From NCBI GenBank assembly GCA_977030845.1, contig OZ365112.1:24862001-24926000 (forward strand): a stretch of 64,000 nucleotides of DNA. The letters run 5' to 3'. The stretch is from Fimbriosthenelais zetlandica. Taxonomy: Eukaryota. Of the stretch, positions 36,866-50,315 are shown in pieces (position 1 is the stretch's first letter; every line of letters starts with the position of its first letter). Under the pieces are notes generated by a model that made no database searches, was not told the DNA's origin, and worked only from the letters and a program-made list of their open reading frames with translations. The translations under genes and the position numbers were made by a program.

Positions 36866-39800
36866 GATGGCCAGCTGACCTGGAAGACAGACAATGAGAG
36901 AAACGTTAGGCTATTAATAAACCACTAATGAGTCGTTCGCCTTTCGTAGGAGAGCGAGGCTTTAAATGTCATAAAAATCGAAATCCCAATGCTTAACATC
37001 ATCTCATTTTTTGGGGAAGCATTGTTGTAATGTCTAAATCAGACTGCATACTGCAGCCTGGCTAGGTTCATATTTCATACTGGTCTGCGGGACAGTTCAT
37101 TGGCCCTGGGGATTAACCTGTCCGGGGCATACTCAATCCTGGCTAGCCTTAGATCTGACAGTGCTTAAATGAGTGGTTAGACCAAGCCGTGTGGACATCT
37201 AAGGATATTGGTCTCTCATGATTGTCTTGCTGCCCCCTTCTGATGTACAAAGCACGTTATCATTTTGATAATACATCACTGACACGACCCCAGAGTGTCA
37301 GATCATACAGAGGAAAACGTGCAGAAAACAAACACTAGCATAGAGCTTGGAAAATAGTCAGAAAATATTATACAGAATATGGATAGAAAGAATGTATTTG
37401 AGAAGCAGCAGTCACCTAATTATAAAACACAGGTCTATATTAAGAGTAACCCAGAAGCTATGACTAGATCCATTCAGACTTGCTCACCTTCCAGCAAGCT
37501 TTACCTTTCACTATTCCCATTAAAACTGCTTGCTCACTTTAAAAGTTTAAATATATGGGGAGGACTCCAAGGCAGTGTTGTTGTCTTTCGACAGGCACTA
37601 TTGCAATACATCATAGACGGTAATTAAGCCCGAGAGGCGGGTTTGATACCAATGATTTAGTGATTCTATAAAGCACTATGGAGTGTGGTGATTTTGGCCT
37701 GGAAGATTTATGATGGTGAATTAGGCTTAGCTATCAAGTAGCAATTGGTGGAAGGCATGCCATGTTTGGACCCAGTCCCAGCTGTCAGAGCAAAAGGGGA
37801 GATATTAGGTGGAAGACGTGGATGGGAGGGGCTGTGAGTGAGAAGCGAACAGTCATAATTATGGTTTGTTGGCCTTTATTGACCACACCCAGAAATGGAA
37901 TTTCGCCATTATGATTTCTACGATAATGATGCTAAGTTTTGCTAAAGTTCCCAGTTGTTTTAAGTGTGGAAATCGGTATTAACTCAATGTCAACTAATTT
38001 TGATGTCTTAGCTCAATGTCTACTAACATTGACCTATTTTGCAGTTACGAGGTTTAGCATTGTGACCATCGATATGACCTTTCTGACCTTGCTTCGATCT
38101 GCCGTGGTTTGATTATAAAGACCCCCTCCTATACCCTGGGGGCTTTGATCATCACTATATCAATATAACGTTCTAGAATATTGTCCATTCTTATACAATG
38201 TGTTGCATTCGTATACTATGTTCGACGACAACGATCAGACATGCAGTGTCCTTCCATGCCAGGCCTGTTGATATATGATACACTTTGAATGTTTGAAAAC
38301 ACGTTTAAATCGCCAAAAAGACAATTACGTATATCAAGCATGTGACGTCATTTCCCTGTTTTATGGACGCAATTCCCATGCATGCAAAAGGGTCGTAAAA
38401 TTCATCATCCCTTTATGGCATGATCAATTACTGTTATTCACATTAAAATTTCAAGGTCTAGGTGAAATATATCTCATTTATTGCTATGCATTCGGTCCAA
38501 AATAGAGAGCTAATTCAAGAACAGTATGATATCTATATTTATAATCAAGTTGCAAAGTGATAAACCAGTACCGGTCGAGGTTTATTTTCAAGAGAGGACA
38601 ACAGAAAAAATATGTCACTTGAAATCCCAAATGCTTCCGACATTTCTTTCAAATTGATTTGTTCCGGCTTGGTAGAGGAGAAAAAAATAGAAATCTGAAC
38701 TTGACATCGATTCCTTTTAGTCAAAAAACCTCAAACGGCTTATCGTTGTTCAGCCTTTGGTGTCTTGTAATCGATAACAAGGCCAAAGTGACAAGAGCTG
38801 CAATATTAAGTGAAATCTGATAACTGATCGAACTGACAAACGGCCGTGTCTGGAGGAACTCAGCCATGGTTCACGATTACCCCTGCCACTCACAGCACGA
38901 CGAGAGCTGGTTTAATCGTATCCTGTTAATGTATGCGAATTATAACACTACGATGATGTATTCATATACTATGTACAAGTGATATAATTATATCAGACCT
39001 GTGTCCTCTCATGCCCCATGGACATTGATCATCTCTATAGCAATACAGACAATCTGCAAAGCATAAGCCCTGTCACTGCCATTAGCTCCAATAATTGCAC
39101 CAGAAGCAATAATGTATGTGCAATTGGCTTTGCTAACTCCTCTTTACAGGTAATATATCATGAAGACTGCCTAGAATTGCGACTGGGTACTCATTGATAT
39201 CGAGCAAGAACACGTGTAATTTGATTAAACCAGGGAACTTATTTACAGACATCTCGATCCGACTGCCAATGAATGATAAAAGTCAATAAACTATTCTTCA
39301 TCACACCCCTTGCTCATCTTGATGTAATGAAAAGCAGATGATGAACAGGGACGCGATGCACACTCGCTACACTTCACACTGAATCAAGATGCATCAGCAC
39401 GAAACCTCCTTCCAGACTTCATTTACTTGAACAAACCCCTGCTGTCAGCCATTTTCCAGGATTCTAGCCAATTTAATGACAGTTCAATATTGGAATTGCA
39501 TGGGTTTCTCTGAAATGAATTTCATTTTGAAACACTGACAGAGAACTAAATTCACAGCACCATGTGTCTAACAGGGGATATCAAGAGAGAAGACAAGATG
39601 TCTTTCTTCTGCGGCAGTGCATACAATTTGTGTCAGCCAGGCAGAAACCGAATCATCACTTTTTAAATTGGTTCTTCTCCAGGAGATATGGATGCAGTTG
39701 CTCGGACGGTATTAAGCGGGAGCGACAGGATCGGGAGTGGTGAAAAGCCAGGCACTCATCTCAGAAAGTCTACCTCCCAAAAGCCTTCTCAAATGGCGGG

Positions 39801-40136
39801 AGAGATATTGGAATTTGTGGAAACCTTCGCGAACAGCCATGCGCCTAGCTCCTCCTTTTCATTAAGAAGCCTTATTACTTTGCTGTGTTCCCGCTCGATA
39901 TCCGGAGGTAATAATCCCTCTCCTTTTGTCTGACCAACGCTGGGGCAACATCAATACTGAATCAATCCGCAATCATCTGCAGCAATGACTACGTAAATGA
40001 TTCTTATATCTTCTCAATAAGAACAACATCAAGCTGTTACAGCTTTTTATGTATATATGTATTCTCTAGTTCAATAATCAGCAGAGCATTCATATACTTT
40101 GGCAACTTCTAAACTATGTTCAACCCTCTATAAAGT

Positions 40137-40212
40137 CTGTTCACTCTAAGTTGATCCGAAACCACAGTACATACATGTGTATGGTGGTTTCGGATCAACT
40201 TAGAGTGAACAG
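40137..40212. repeat. Perfect 29-bp inverted repeat (76-bp foldback)
   Basis: ctgttcactctaagttgatccgaaaccac (40137-40165) is the exact reverse complement of 40184-40212; 18-nt spacer; no TSD seen. Confidence 0.95.
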
Positions 40213-43149
40213 GCAAAATCTCAACTTCACCCCATGAGTCTTTTTACACATGGCTGATCAGAAAACATGCATTCCATCTATGTTTTAATCATTCTCTCTA
40301 CCCTGATCGGTTTGCTGCCTAGCTCCATCTGAACGCACCACAGGACTGCACTTTTTTCCACACCACTAAATGACTAATCACAGACTTGCCATCACGAAAG
40401 ACACTGCCAATTGCCAGAGATAAGTTCCCCTCCCCTCATTAGTCATATCCATGAAAAACAGTGCTTTTCCCTTGAATACCTCGAGGCAGGTTTCTGTGGA
40501 GAGCATATCATCATCATCATCGCCTGCCCTGAATTTAAGTGGTCTGCATACACTGTTTTGATTAAGCCTACATCCATCATTCCTGATAGGTGGTCGATGG
40601 ACTGTTTGGGTTGGACATTGGTGCTTGGTTGAAGAAATCTCCCCCTTATACATCTGTCATTATTCCTTTAGTGTACAAGGACTAAGGCCGTGATTGCCTC
40701 ACTTTAGTATTTGGCAATGGTCAAAGCTGCAGGGGATTTAGTCATAAAATGACACTTAGCCAAGTTAACATGCAGGGCAAAGGTGCATCTGGAAAGGCCA
40801 ACCAGAAAGACATCAATGAAAGGAAGCAAGAATGACAGGAAAATCTGTTTAGCGGGAGAGTACGTGATACAACATGATGTTCAGGAAATATTTCAATAAC
40901 TTCTGAGGGAACGTGGACAGGTCGTTATTAACTATATATAATGGCCAGAATGCATCATTATCTTAATCTAAACTAAATTGTTTTGGTTATCAAACAACCC
41001 CAGTTTATATATTTAAGCAAATAGATATAATCACAGAATAGATATAATCACCTCTGAGCATTATGTGAGCAGATCATTACAGAGGGCCTAGAAGATAATG
41101 AGCTAACACATACTAAACTAGTGCATGAAGCAGGCCTCTGGCTGCATGATTGGGAAGGTCATGAGCAGTTCATTAGGCCTACATTCATAATAACTTCTGA
41201 GCAGGCAGATGTGAGCACATCAGCCAATTATTATCAAGCAACGAGACTGGGGGAGAAGAAAATTGAATGCTGGGTGTACTCCAATGTGAGTTGGCAAATG
41301 AAAGATTTGTGCAAAGCCAACACATTTGATGGGAGAATGATTTATTATTTGGATTGACTCTATACCGTAATGGCCATCACTATATATGTCTTCCTTCGAG
41401 GTCTATGGAAATAGCCGGGTCAAGTTTAGTTTAGTTTGTTTACCTCTTTAGCAGGAAGCATATCATGTAGTGGAGTGTAAATGTATCTGTCTTATGAATG
41501 GCGAACATGAACTTATACTAGGCGCTCAGGGTAAAGAGAAGGGAGGATATCGTGTGTGATCGACAGGCAAGAGATCAAATTCGCTTCCATAAGAGGAAGT
41601 CGATATCCTTCAGTCTAATCAAAATTGATCACAACTCTGCCTTAGGTAATTTGGGAAGAATGCCCGTGATGCACTGTCGAAGCATTGTTGAGGAGTGATT
41701 TATAATGGAGATGGATGGACACAGTTACTTTAACACATCCACCCACACACCGATACCTCCTGCTTCTGATAAAAAACTGTTGACGCCGTACTAACATGTC
41801 CATTGTCCTCATGATATACACCAAGTTTACTTCACATGGGTGTTCTTGGAAAGCATGTAATTTCCATTAGTTGCGCACAAGTCACGACCTCAAGGGATTC
41901 AGACCGCTTGACAAAACGCAATGTCTGCAAAAAATGTAATATGCTGTCAGGAGGAAGCCTAACCATCTGGTACAGCGGGGGCACTTCAGCCGTGGTTCTG
42001 CTGACATGACTGGAGAAGCAGCTGGGGATGGAAATATTGAGTACTGACATATTAATCGTATTAGCCTGACATAGCAGGTTGGACATTCTCACAGATTGAC
42101 CGCAATTAGCGGCAGGTGGAGATGTGTGCTTTACATGAAGTGAGGACAGGAGAGGTCAGGGAAATGTGAAAAGCTGAGAACATGAAATCTCAAGATGTGG
42201 CGAACCAATGCTAAAGGTGAATGGTGGTGATGATGGACAAGTAGACCAGTAAGGACAGTGTATCTTAGTGCAGGCCTTGAGAGGATTCTAACGGGCCTCC
42301 TGGGAATGAAAATATTGAGGCTGATCCATGAGAATTCCTAAGGAGTAACAAGTCTGCTGATCCTTGGGGGTCTAGCATGAATATTACTTAAGTACTGTAT
42401 TGATAGGTAAGGGGAAAAGGCCCTTTATCAGGGCTTTTTGACCCAAATATCCACGTATAACTTTTCAGTCTAGAAAAGCTTAAGGGCGGCAGTCGGTCCT
42501 ATAAAAGACAGCCTTACAAGTGGAGCTTTCGAAGCGGTCAGCAGAAATGTTGGTGACACCAGGGCATTTATCAGGACTCTAAGTGGGATAGAAACCTCTG
42601 AAGTGTATAAATCTGTTTTGCTTCCTGTGCGTGTAACTTCCGACCAGTGAATATTCTGGGGGATAACCAAAGTAGGAAGGAAGTAAATGATGTGGAATTC
42701 AAATTTCTACTTTATAATTTGAAGCAATTCGTGGATAATTATTCAAATTAAAGGTTTGGCAAATGTTAGCAACAGTTTCAACATGGGAGTGTTTTGGCAA
42801 AATATGAAAGAGTTTTCTATAATATCTTGTAATCTCTCTCCCACTCCCTTTCTCGAGATTTCTCTTCTTTGAAAAGATTGTTTGCCATCCTGACTACTAA
42901 AAAGCGATCTTTGACAAAGGATAAGATATCCGCCAGTGCTGCAATAAAATATAGTTACACAATTTGTACACAGCAGGAACTGATACCTAAGCCACACCTA
43001 AGCAGATTGGTGACACAGCACGTAGGATGTTTTCTGGGGTTAGAGTGCAAATTGAATCCAACTAGTGTAAGACCAGACTTAACTTGTGATCTGGGAGTTA
43101 GGTGGTAAGTTTTCCTCGGGCGGGAATAGCTTGTCACGTCTTGCCTTGT

Positions 43150-43163
43150 GTCACCATGGCAAC
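43150..43163. promoter_or_regulatory. RFX X-box motif
   Basis: GTCACCATGGCAAC in a locally CpG-containing patch about 6.3 kb upstream of the TMEM151-like ATG. Confidence 0.35.
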
Positions 43164-43890
43164 GTCTTCAGGATCGTTGTCGCAGGTGGTTTTCAGAGAT
43201 AACCTTCTAAGACCTTTTAATGCAGGGCCCTAACAGCAAAGCGAATTTACGTGAGTTACAGGACATCTGACTTTTACACAACATATATGGGAAAGACCTC
43301 CTCCCCAAAAAATATATATATAATTTACGGTTTGTGTATATGGTTTTCAGGAAATGGAGATCTTCTTGTCAGCTCATCCAGGAAGGAGCCGTGCTCTGGA
43401 AAGTCAATATTTACTTTCATTTTCATTCGTTCTTTTAAGCAAGATGTCAACATGAGCTTTTTCAATGGAAGGCATCACTTCAAAGTATTAATTTGCAAAA
43501 AGGGTGAGGATCCACATCACCAATATTTCCCGTGGGGTTCATTTCCATCAGTACCATGTCTGTGGACACCGAAATATAATTCCCTTCATATTGACATGGC
43601 TTTAGTGCATGACAATCCCACTTAGAAATGGTAAAGCAGGAGTGGGAAAATCTCCTAATTGGATTAACGAGAGGAAATGCAGTTTTGAACCCTTGGGATA
43701 CCAAAGCTAAAGCATCAGTGTATCAGGTATCTTCTATTATGTCTCTTGATGCTTATGCCATCAGGTAATAAAAATTATGAATCATTCTTTTCTATATGTG
43801 ACGTGTATTTGTGAGCAGAACAATGGACGCAGAATTAAAAATTGATGGCATTGGGCTTAGATGCCAAGCATGTTGTCGAATTTTGTCTAA

Positions 43891-44679
43891 ATTGCTGACT
43901 TTTGCTTTGCATAATATCATTTTCTGGCGGCAATTGATGTACTTGACGTTGATGGTCTTGTAGACAAGCTCCACTTGCAGCAATCTGCTGAGAGATATGC
44001 CAATTATTGCTTGCTTTTGCCTTATGATTCTGGCAACATACAATTTTCGGGTAGCAATTGATGCACTTGCAGATGGTCTTGTAGACAAGCTCCAATTGCA
44101 AGAATCACTGCAAGAATCACCAGGCAATGATCCCTGGTAGGTATCCAATTAATGTACCAGGTCTTTTGAGATATCCACTAGATATACATGACTTGCAATT
44201 CTTGCAAAGTTTCAAACACATGTTTTCCAATGCCTTCCCTCACAGGAGGGTGCTGGGCATATAGATGGCCAGTCACCTACATGGCTTGGGGGGTAGTCTT
44301 GTGAGCCAATTCTATCAAAGAGATCGCAATAGCTGACTTTTGCCTTGCGATTCTGGCAAAATGTCATTTGATGTACTTGCAATTCAAAGTCTCGTAGACA
44401 AGCTCCAAGTGCACCAATTGCTGCAAGAATTGTAAGGCAATGATCCCTGGTATGTACCCACTTAGTGTACAAAGTCGTTAGATATATCCATTAGATATTC
44501 ACGACTTGCAATTCCGTCAAAGTATAATACCAATTTAATCCAATATGTCTCCAAACACAGGAAGGCGCTGGGTTTACAGATAGCAGTCACCTAGATGGAC
44601 TGGGGTACATGCGGGTCTACATTCTGTTGAGGGAGATGACAGTTGCTTGCTTTTGCTTTCTGATTCTGGCAACATATAA
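43891..44679. repeat. Degenerate ~315-bp tandem repeat (left part; copy 4 is interrupted by the transposon)
   Basis: Copies start near 43891 (partial), 44007, 44331 and 44643, sharing gcttttgc..gattctggcaa..gtagacaagctcca..ggcaatgatccctggta..gacttgcaattc. Confidence 0.85.
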
Positions 44680-44694
44680 CCCAGCGGGCACAGC

Positions 44695-45725
44695 ACGTGG
44701 TAATGACGAGGAAACTTGGTGGCAATTGGGGAATTTGGTGGCACCCCCAAATAACCACATATTTTCCACGTGTTTTGGTGACGTGGTAATGCCCACGTGA
44801 ATGTCACATATTTTACATGTGAAAATACCCACATGGGAAACTTGCCACATGTTTTCCACATGGTTTTCGTCACGTGTAATGTGGGAATGATATTCACGTG
44901 GATATGACATGGTATTTTGGTGAAAGTAACCATGTGGCGTCTGGCCACATGCTGTCCACGTGATTTTGCTCACGTGTACTTTATGGGGGGAACTGATGTG
45001 GATGTCATGTGATAGATGTCACGTGGTGAACTTGCCACGTGATATCAATGTGGTGTTGGTGACAAAATATTGGGGAATTACAGACACGTGGATATCACAT
45101 GGGTTTAACATTAAAGTAGCCACGTGGATTTTGACCATGTGTTTTCTATGTGGTTTATGTCACATAGATATTATAGGGGGGATGTGACGTAAATATCACG
45201 TCTTTTTAGTAAAAAATACCCACATGGCAAATTGCCACATGTTTTCCATGTGGTTTTGGTGACATGGGTTTTAGGAGGACAAAGTGACGTGGATATCATG
45301 TGGCTCAAAGGTGGAACCAGCCTCGTGGCAAATTGCCACATGTTTTCCATGTGGTTTTGGTGACATGGGTTTTAGGAGGACAAAGTGATGTGAATATCAC
45401 GTGGTTCAAAGGTGGAAGCAGCCTCGTGGCAAACTGGCCACATGTATTTCATGTGGTGTTGGAGACGTAGGTTTTCAGGGGAGAAAGTGACATGGTTATC
45501 ATGTGGTTCTGAGGTGGAAGCAGCCTCGTGGCAAACTGCCATGTGTTTTTCCTGTGGTTTTGGTGACATGGATTTTTTTGGAAAAAAGTGTAGTAGAGAT
45601 CACGTGGTTCAAATGTGGAAGCTACCTCGTGGCAAACTGGCTATGTGTTTGCCACATGGTTTTGGCTATGTGTATTTTACTGGAGAAAATGACGTGGTTA
45701 TCACGTGGTTTGAAGATGGAAGTTT
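44695..45725. repeat. Left subterminal array, CACGTG/CACATG-rich, including five ~101-bp units
   Basis: About 14 CACGTG counted by hand; 101-bp units start at 45225, 45326, 45427, 45529 and 45630. Confidence 0.9.
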
Positions 45726-46762
45726 AACACATGGAAAACTGGGCACTTTTAAACAACCAACTCTAAACAATTATAATATGAACAACAGGGCACTAAATTA
45801 GAGAAGGGACGCTTTCATCTATTGACAAGTCGTTGTTTAAGGAAGTGAAAGAAGTTATACAAATGTACCTGAATGGTGGGGAGCTGTACAATATATATAT
45901 AGTATATACACCCACCATATAGACATATCTATCTATATGTCTTTAACACTAACCTAACAAAAGTTTTCCATGCAGACTTATGCATGGGAAATTATCTAAA
46001 TTTTGGTAGGTGTGTGTGTACATGTACATACATGTATTACGACTTGTCTCCGTCAAGAATGATAACTAATATTTGATCTCATATGGTGTATCTTGTGAAA
46101 TTTTGATGGCATTATGCAAAACATAAATTCAAATTTAAGTAATTATGAATGAATATTCCGACTATAGTGTGGAATAGTTGGTCATAAGAAGAGAATCAGA
46201 ACACCAGATATCAAAATTAAGTTTAAACCCTTTTCACTGATCGACTTGCCCAGGTCCCCCTTTTAGTTTTTCTTTTTGATGTTGAATCATAACATTAACA
46301 ATATAATGAATGCATTGATGTTGAATAATAACAATATAATGCATTTGCCTACCTACACGAAAAACAATGAAATAATATGCTATTACTAGGTTTGAGTTTG
46401 TTATATAGAAACGAATGTAAAGAGTGGGTTCTGTCATTGGGTTGAATTGTTAGTTTTGAAAGATATAATATTGTTAATTGATCATATAGGCGGGGTAGGT
46501 CATTTGATTTACAATTTGGAATTTATAGAGTATTAGGGGAGGTATCTATCTACTCTTACAGTGTAGAAATAAAGCTATACCTACAAAAATATGATAAAGA
46601 ATAACTAGCAATGGCAAGTCTATGTTTGGTATCGACAGCCATGCAGTAGGTAAGGGTCAAGGGGTAAGAGATGAGGTAAGGTGGCGTGGTGGCACCCTCC
46701 GTACCCTGCTGTGTGGAGGAGTCGGGTTTGGGGAGGTAGCTAGGTTGTAGGAGGCTGAGTAT

Positions 46763-46839
46763 ATGAACCAGTGAACTTCCATGACCTCTCAGACCATGAA
46801 AAAGGCGCGGAAAGACTTCTCACAATCTTCCACCTAATA
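46763..46839 (-). pseudogene. Decayed C2H2 zinc-finger coding relic inside the transposon
   Basis: Y*VEDCEKSFRAF/HGLRGHGSSLVH; restoring TAT->TGT and TAG->CAG and removing 2 T from a T5 run gives C-x4-C-x3-F-x5-L-x2-H-x5-H. Confidence 0.35.
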
Positions 46840-48301
46840 AGCCTATCGTTATTTATTCTATGTGTACTTACTTCAAATAATTAACTATATGAAATCTACC
46901 TACACCTGCCCAATATACGAGGTTGTGGATTTTATTACCTGTCAGTCCAACCAAACATATAGTACCTTTGCTTTATGAATGTCTTTATAGTATTTCTCCA
47001 TAATAATTATTTGTTAACCCAAAGAAAATGAATTGAGAAATTGATGGAAAATAAAAGGCAACACATGTGTTTGAGTGACCCCATGTGGTGATGTGGGTAA
47101 AATATGCGCCTTCATGCAGTATATGGAAATATATTGGAAAATGTTGTATTCTAATATTTCCTTCAGCCTTCACAAACGAATATTATTCTTAAGCGCATTC
47201 TACAGAATCATATTTATGCGCTGTGATCAGATGCCGATCTGACATGCAAGATCTGCTCACAAATCGGACCAGATCTGATCTGGCTGATCACATAAACAAT
47301 ATATTATATTATAGAGATCGATGCGAGTCAGATCTGTGTTACATAGCATGTGTTTGGCTAAAATCATTCAGAATAATTAATCCACGAACTTGCAATAATT
47401 ATAATTTAAGTCAACATATATAGTTGTGTAATAATCATGTGCATTATAGGTGTAAGAAATCACCAGATCATTCGGATGGTTTCCAATCAATTTCGTTTCT
47501 TGAAACTGAACGGATTTGGCCTTCAGAACTTGATCCGATTAGGAATTAATAAATTAAATGATACTGATGGCGCCTCTCCTTGAAAACTTCCTGAGATTTG
47601 GATGTGGCCATGAAGACTAGTGTATACAATAACAATCCAATAATATTTTGAACCTGGCTGCATTTTAGGCGGACATCCTAAAACATGAACTTCCAATTTA
47701 TATAAATGTAATAGACCTGATTGTTCCCTGGGTCGAACTTTTGGGTACAAGTACATACCATATGTATGTGGATTTATATGATTGTTTCCAGGTGTCAAAA
47801 TCGGCTTTTATTTCTCTAATAGTTATAAAGTATATATTATAAAGTAGGATATCCTTATGCCAGTATTATACTATTTTGAGCATCGTGTCCTTTGATATGC
47901 AGTCCATTAATGTTTTAATAACGATTCTATAGGCAAAGGTATTCGATATGAATAAATAAATTCTATTTAAATTAACATTCGTAATAACTTATATTTAAAT
48001 GGAAACTATGGAGGTTTTAGTATTCTCAGGAGTCAACTTGCCTAAGTATCTAAATTGTCCGATAACTTGTAATAATTTTATAGAAACTATGGAAGTTTGT
48101 AATGTAGGCAGTAGACTTGACCAGGTCAGTTTCTTTCATGTCTAAATATAAAATAGATACCTGGTAGGTTTATTTCAACTTCAACACTTCGAACCCACCT
48201 GACCAATAAATAAAATCAAGTCTTTTCCCGACATGTACTGGGGGAAAATACCGTGTTGGTGATGTGAGTCAATGAGCATGATATTAATATTATGATGTCA
48301 T

Positions 48302-50315
48302 TCGGAGGAGGGGACTGGAGTAGGGGAGGATGAGGGCACGTCTACTGTAGGACTGGAGGAGGAGAGGAGGCGGGCATGCTTTGAGTTGACACTGGGGCGG
48401 GGGCAATAAAACAAACCGTTGAACTTATTAACCTACACCTGACCTGGAGAGAGTGTGGTAGCTAGGGTCAAAAAGTCACAATTCACTGGAAATGTCTAGA
48501 CCGGAAAAGCCCTAGCGGCCTACAGAGGTAGGATGTCAGTTGAAGATTTGAACTCGAGCAGAGCAGAGGTGCACAGGGCGAGTGTGTAAGTATCTTTATA
48601 TAATATTATAATCTCTATTATCTTTTTAATTTGTAGGGAGGGCCATCTGGTTAAGCAAACATATAACCTTTCATTAAAAACAAATAATCAAGCATTATTT
48701 AATTTGTCTATCACATACTGATATTGCACTCTTCACTAAAATACCACTTTTTGAGGGTCCTACACTGAAGCTACATGTATTATTATGTAAACCTTTACTG
48801 ATATTTCAGATGCATATATATATTAAAGTTCGCACATGAGGAATTCATGGAAACTCGGCCAACAAAGTCATGGACAGGTATGATTATTATTCTACTGTAA
48901 TTATCATCTTATGTCACCGTTGTGGAAACTCTAAAAAGCCCATTGTTGATTTATAAAATCAATACTTTCAATGAATCAGATATTCCATACCTTGCCTTCA
49001 GATCTCGTATACTAATCAAATTTAAAGTTTTGTATGATATTAAACCGTATATATATGTGTTTCTTTTTACCCAGCAAACTAATTATATTTGTCCTTTCGA
49101 ATTAGGTTGAATACCAACGCCCTACGGTAAAGGTTGAGCTGAACATGAAGGAGCTAAACCCAGTGTGAAACTGGTCTTTGAATGGCACTGTCTACTCCCA
49201 TCATAGGTGTGTATGAATCATTATGGCCGACATATATAAACGGGTGAAGGGAGAGGACCCCGGGGAGGTGGGTGGGGGTAGGGAGAGCTAGCTAATGAGC
49301 TGTGGTGGGGATCATCCCCATACCAATTTTATCATTTAATGTCAGGTTTATCATCTAATTTGATTCGAAACGAAAAACATCGGGGTATGCTAATAGACAT
49401 GTATCTATAGGAGTTAAAGATTGATCCACATTTGTTACTGCGTGCTAACACCCGCCTAACCTTCCCCGCCTATAGGCCCACTCAGATTTTGATAAATTAT
49501 AGACACAATTGGTTTCAGCCGAATATTTTTCGTTATTAGTTTTATAGTTGACAAGATAAAATAAATTATATCCCCCTCCCCACCTACCCTGACCGCCACC
49601 AAATCCCCCACCCTCACCCAGGCCAAATCCACGACCCAATCATAATAAAAGTATTACTGTAGTTTTAGATTTTTAGATTTGCATTCATAATAACATGAGC
49701 AAATAGGGGGGAATAATATTTTTGAATTATCATTTTCAAAATACATTAAAATCATAATAAAAAATTTAATCATTTTACCTTATTGAAATAATAGGGAAGG
49801 GGGAGGAGGGGCAGGGGCGGGACAGGTTTTTGCAACCCCAACCACTATGTAGGTCTGCCTTAGGCCTCTATCACTAAAGCGTGTATTTCTAAAATACAAA
49901 ATTAGAGCTTACACCAGCCTATTTTGTCACCCCTGACTTTAGCGACACCTTTGGCGCCTTAGTTAACTTGAGCAAACACATAATATATATTAATACCTGA
50001 TATTTAAACCGACTTTTAAAATTATATGAGATTTTGCTGACTGTTAATGTAATGTCACGTGTCTGCTTTGGTTATGTAATGTCACGTGACTAGACTTGTA
50101 CTAGCCTCAAGTATTTGAAAGATGGTAGTCAGTTTGGTAGTCTTGCACCAGCCCACATATATACATATATATTGAAAATATATATAACATATATATACTA
50201 TAATATATACTATAATTCAATTTTATTCATTTCAGAGTGTGATGAAAACTTGCCCAAAGACAATGTTGATGGCCTGAGCTTAAAAGACTACATATGGGGC
50301 CATAGGAATAGATAG
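48302..50315 (+). pseudogene. Decayed multi-exon accessory gene inside the transposon
   Basis: Exon 48302-48585 (one frame with 3 in-frame stops, donor GT|GTAAGT, phase 2); exon 48810-48877 (atttcag|...ACAG|GTATGA, phase 2-1, CIYILKFAHEEFMETRPTKSWT); exon 50236-50315 (ttcatttcag|, phase 1, ECDENLPKDNVDGLSLKDYIWGHRNR*). Confidence 0.45.

Noticed and set aside
42470-42670. Frame open on both strands
   Set aside because: Short, weak donor, no recognisable homology; within chance expectation.
43792-45801. Several 60-130-aa ORFs
   Set aside because: They arise from the tandem repeat and the transposon subterminal arrays (H/V/W/T-rich translations of CACGTG repeats).
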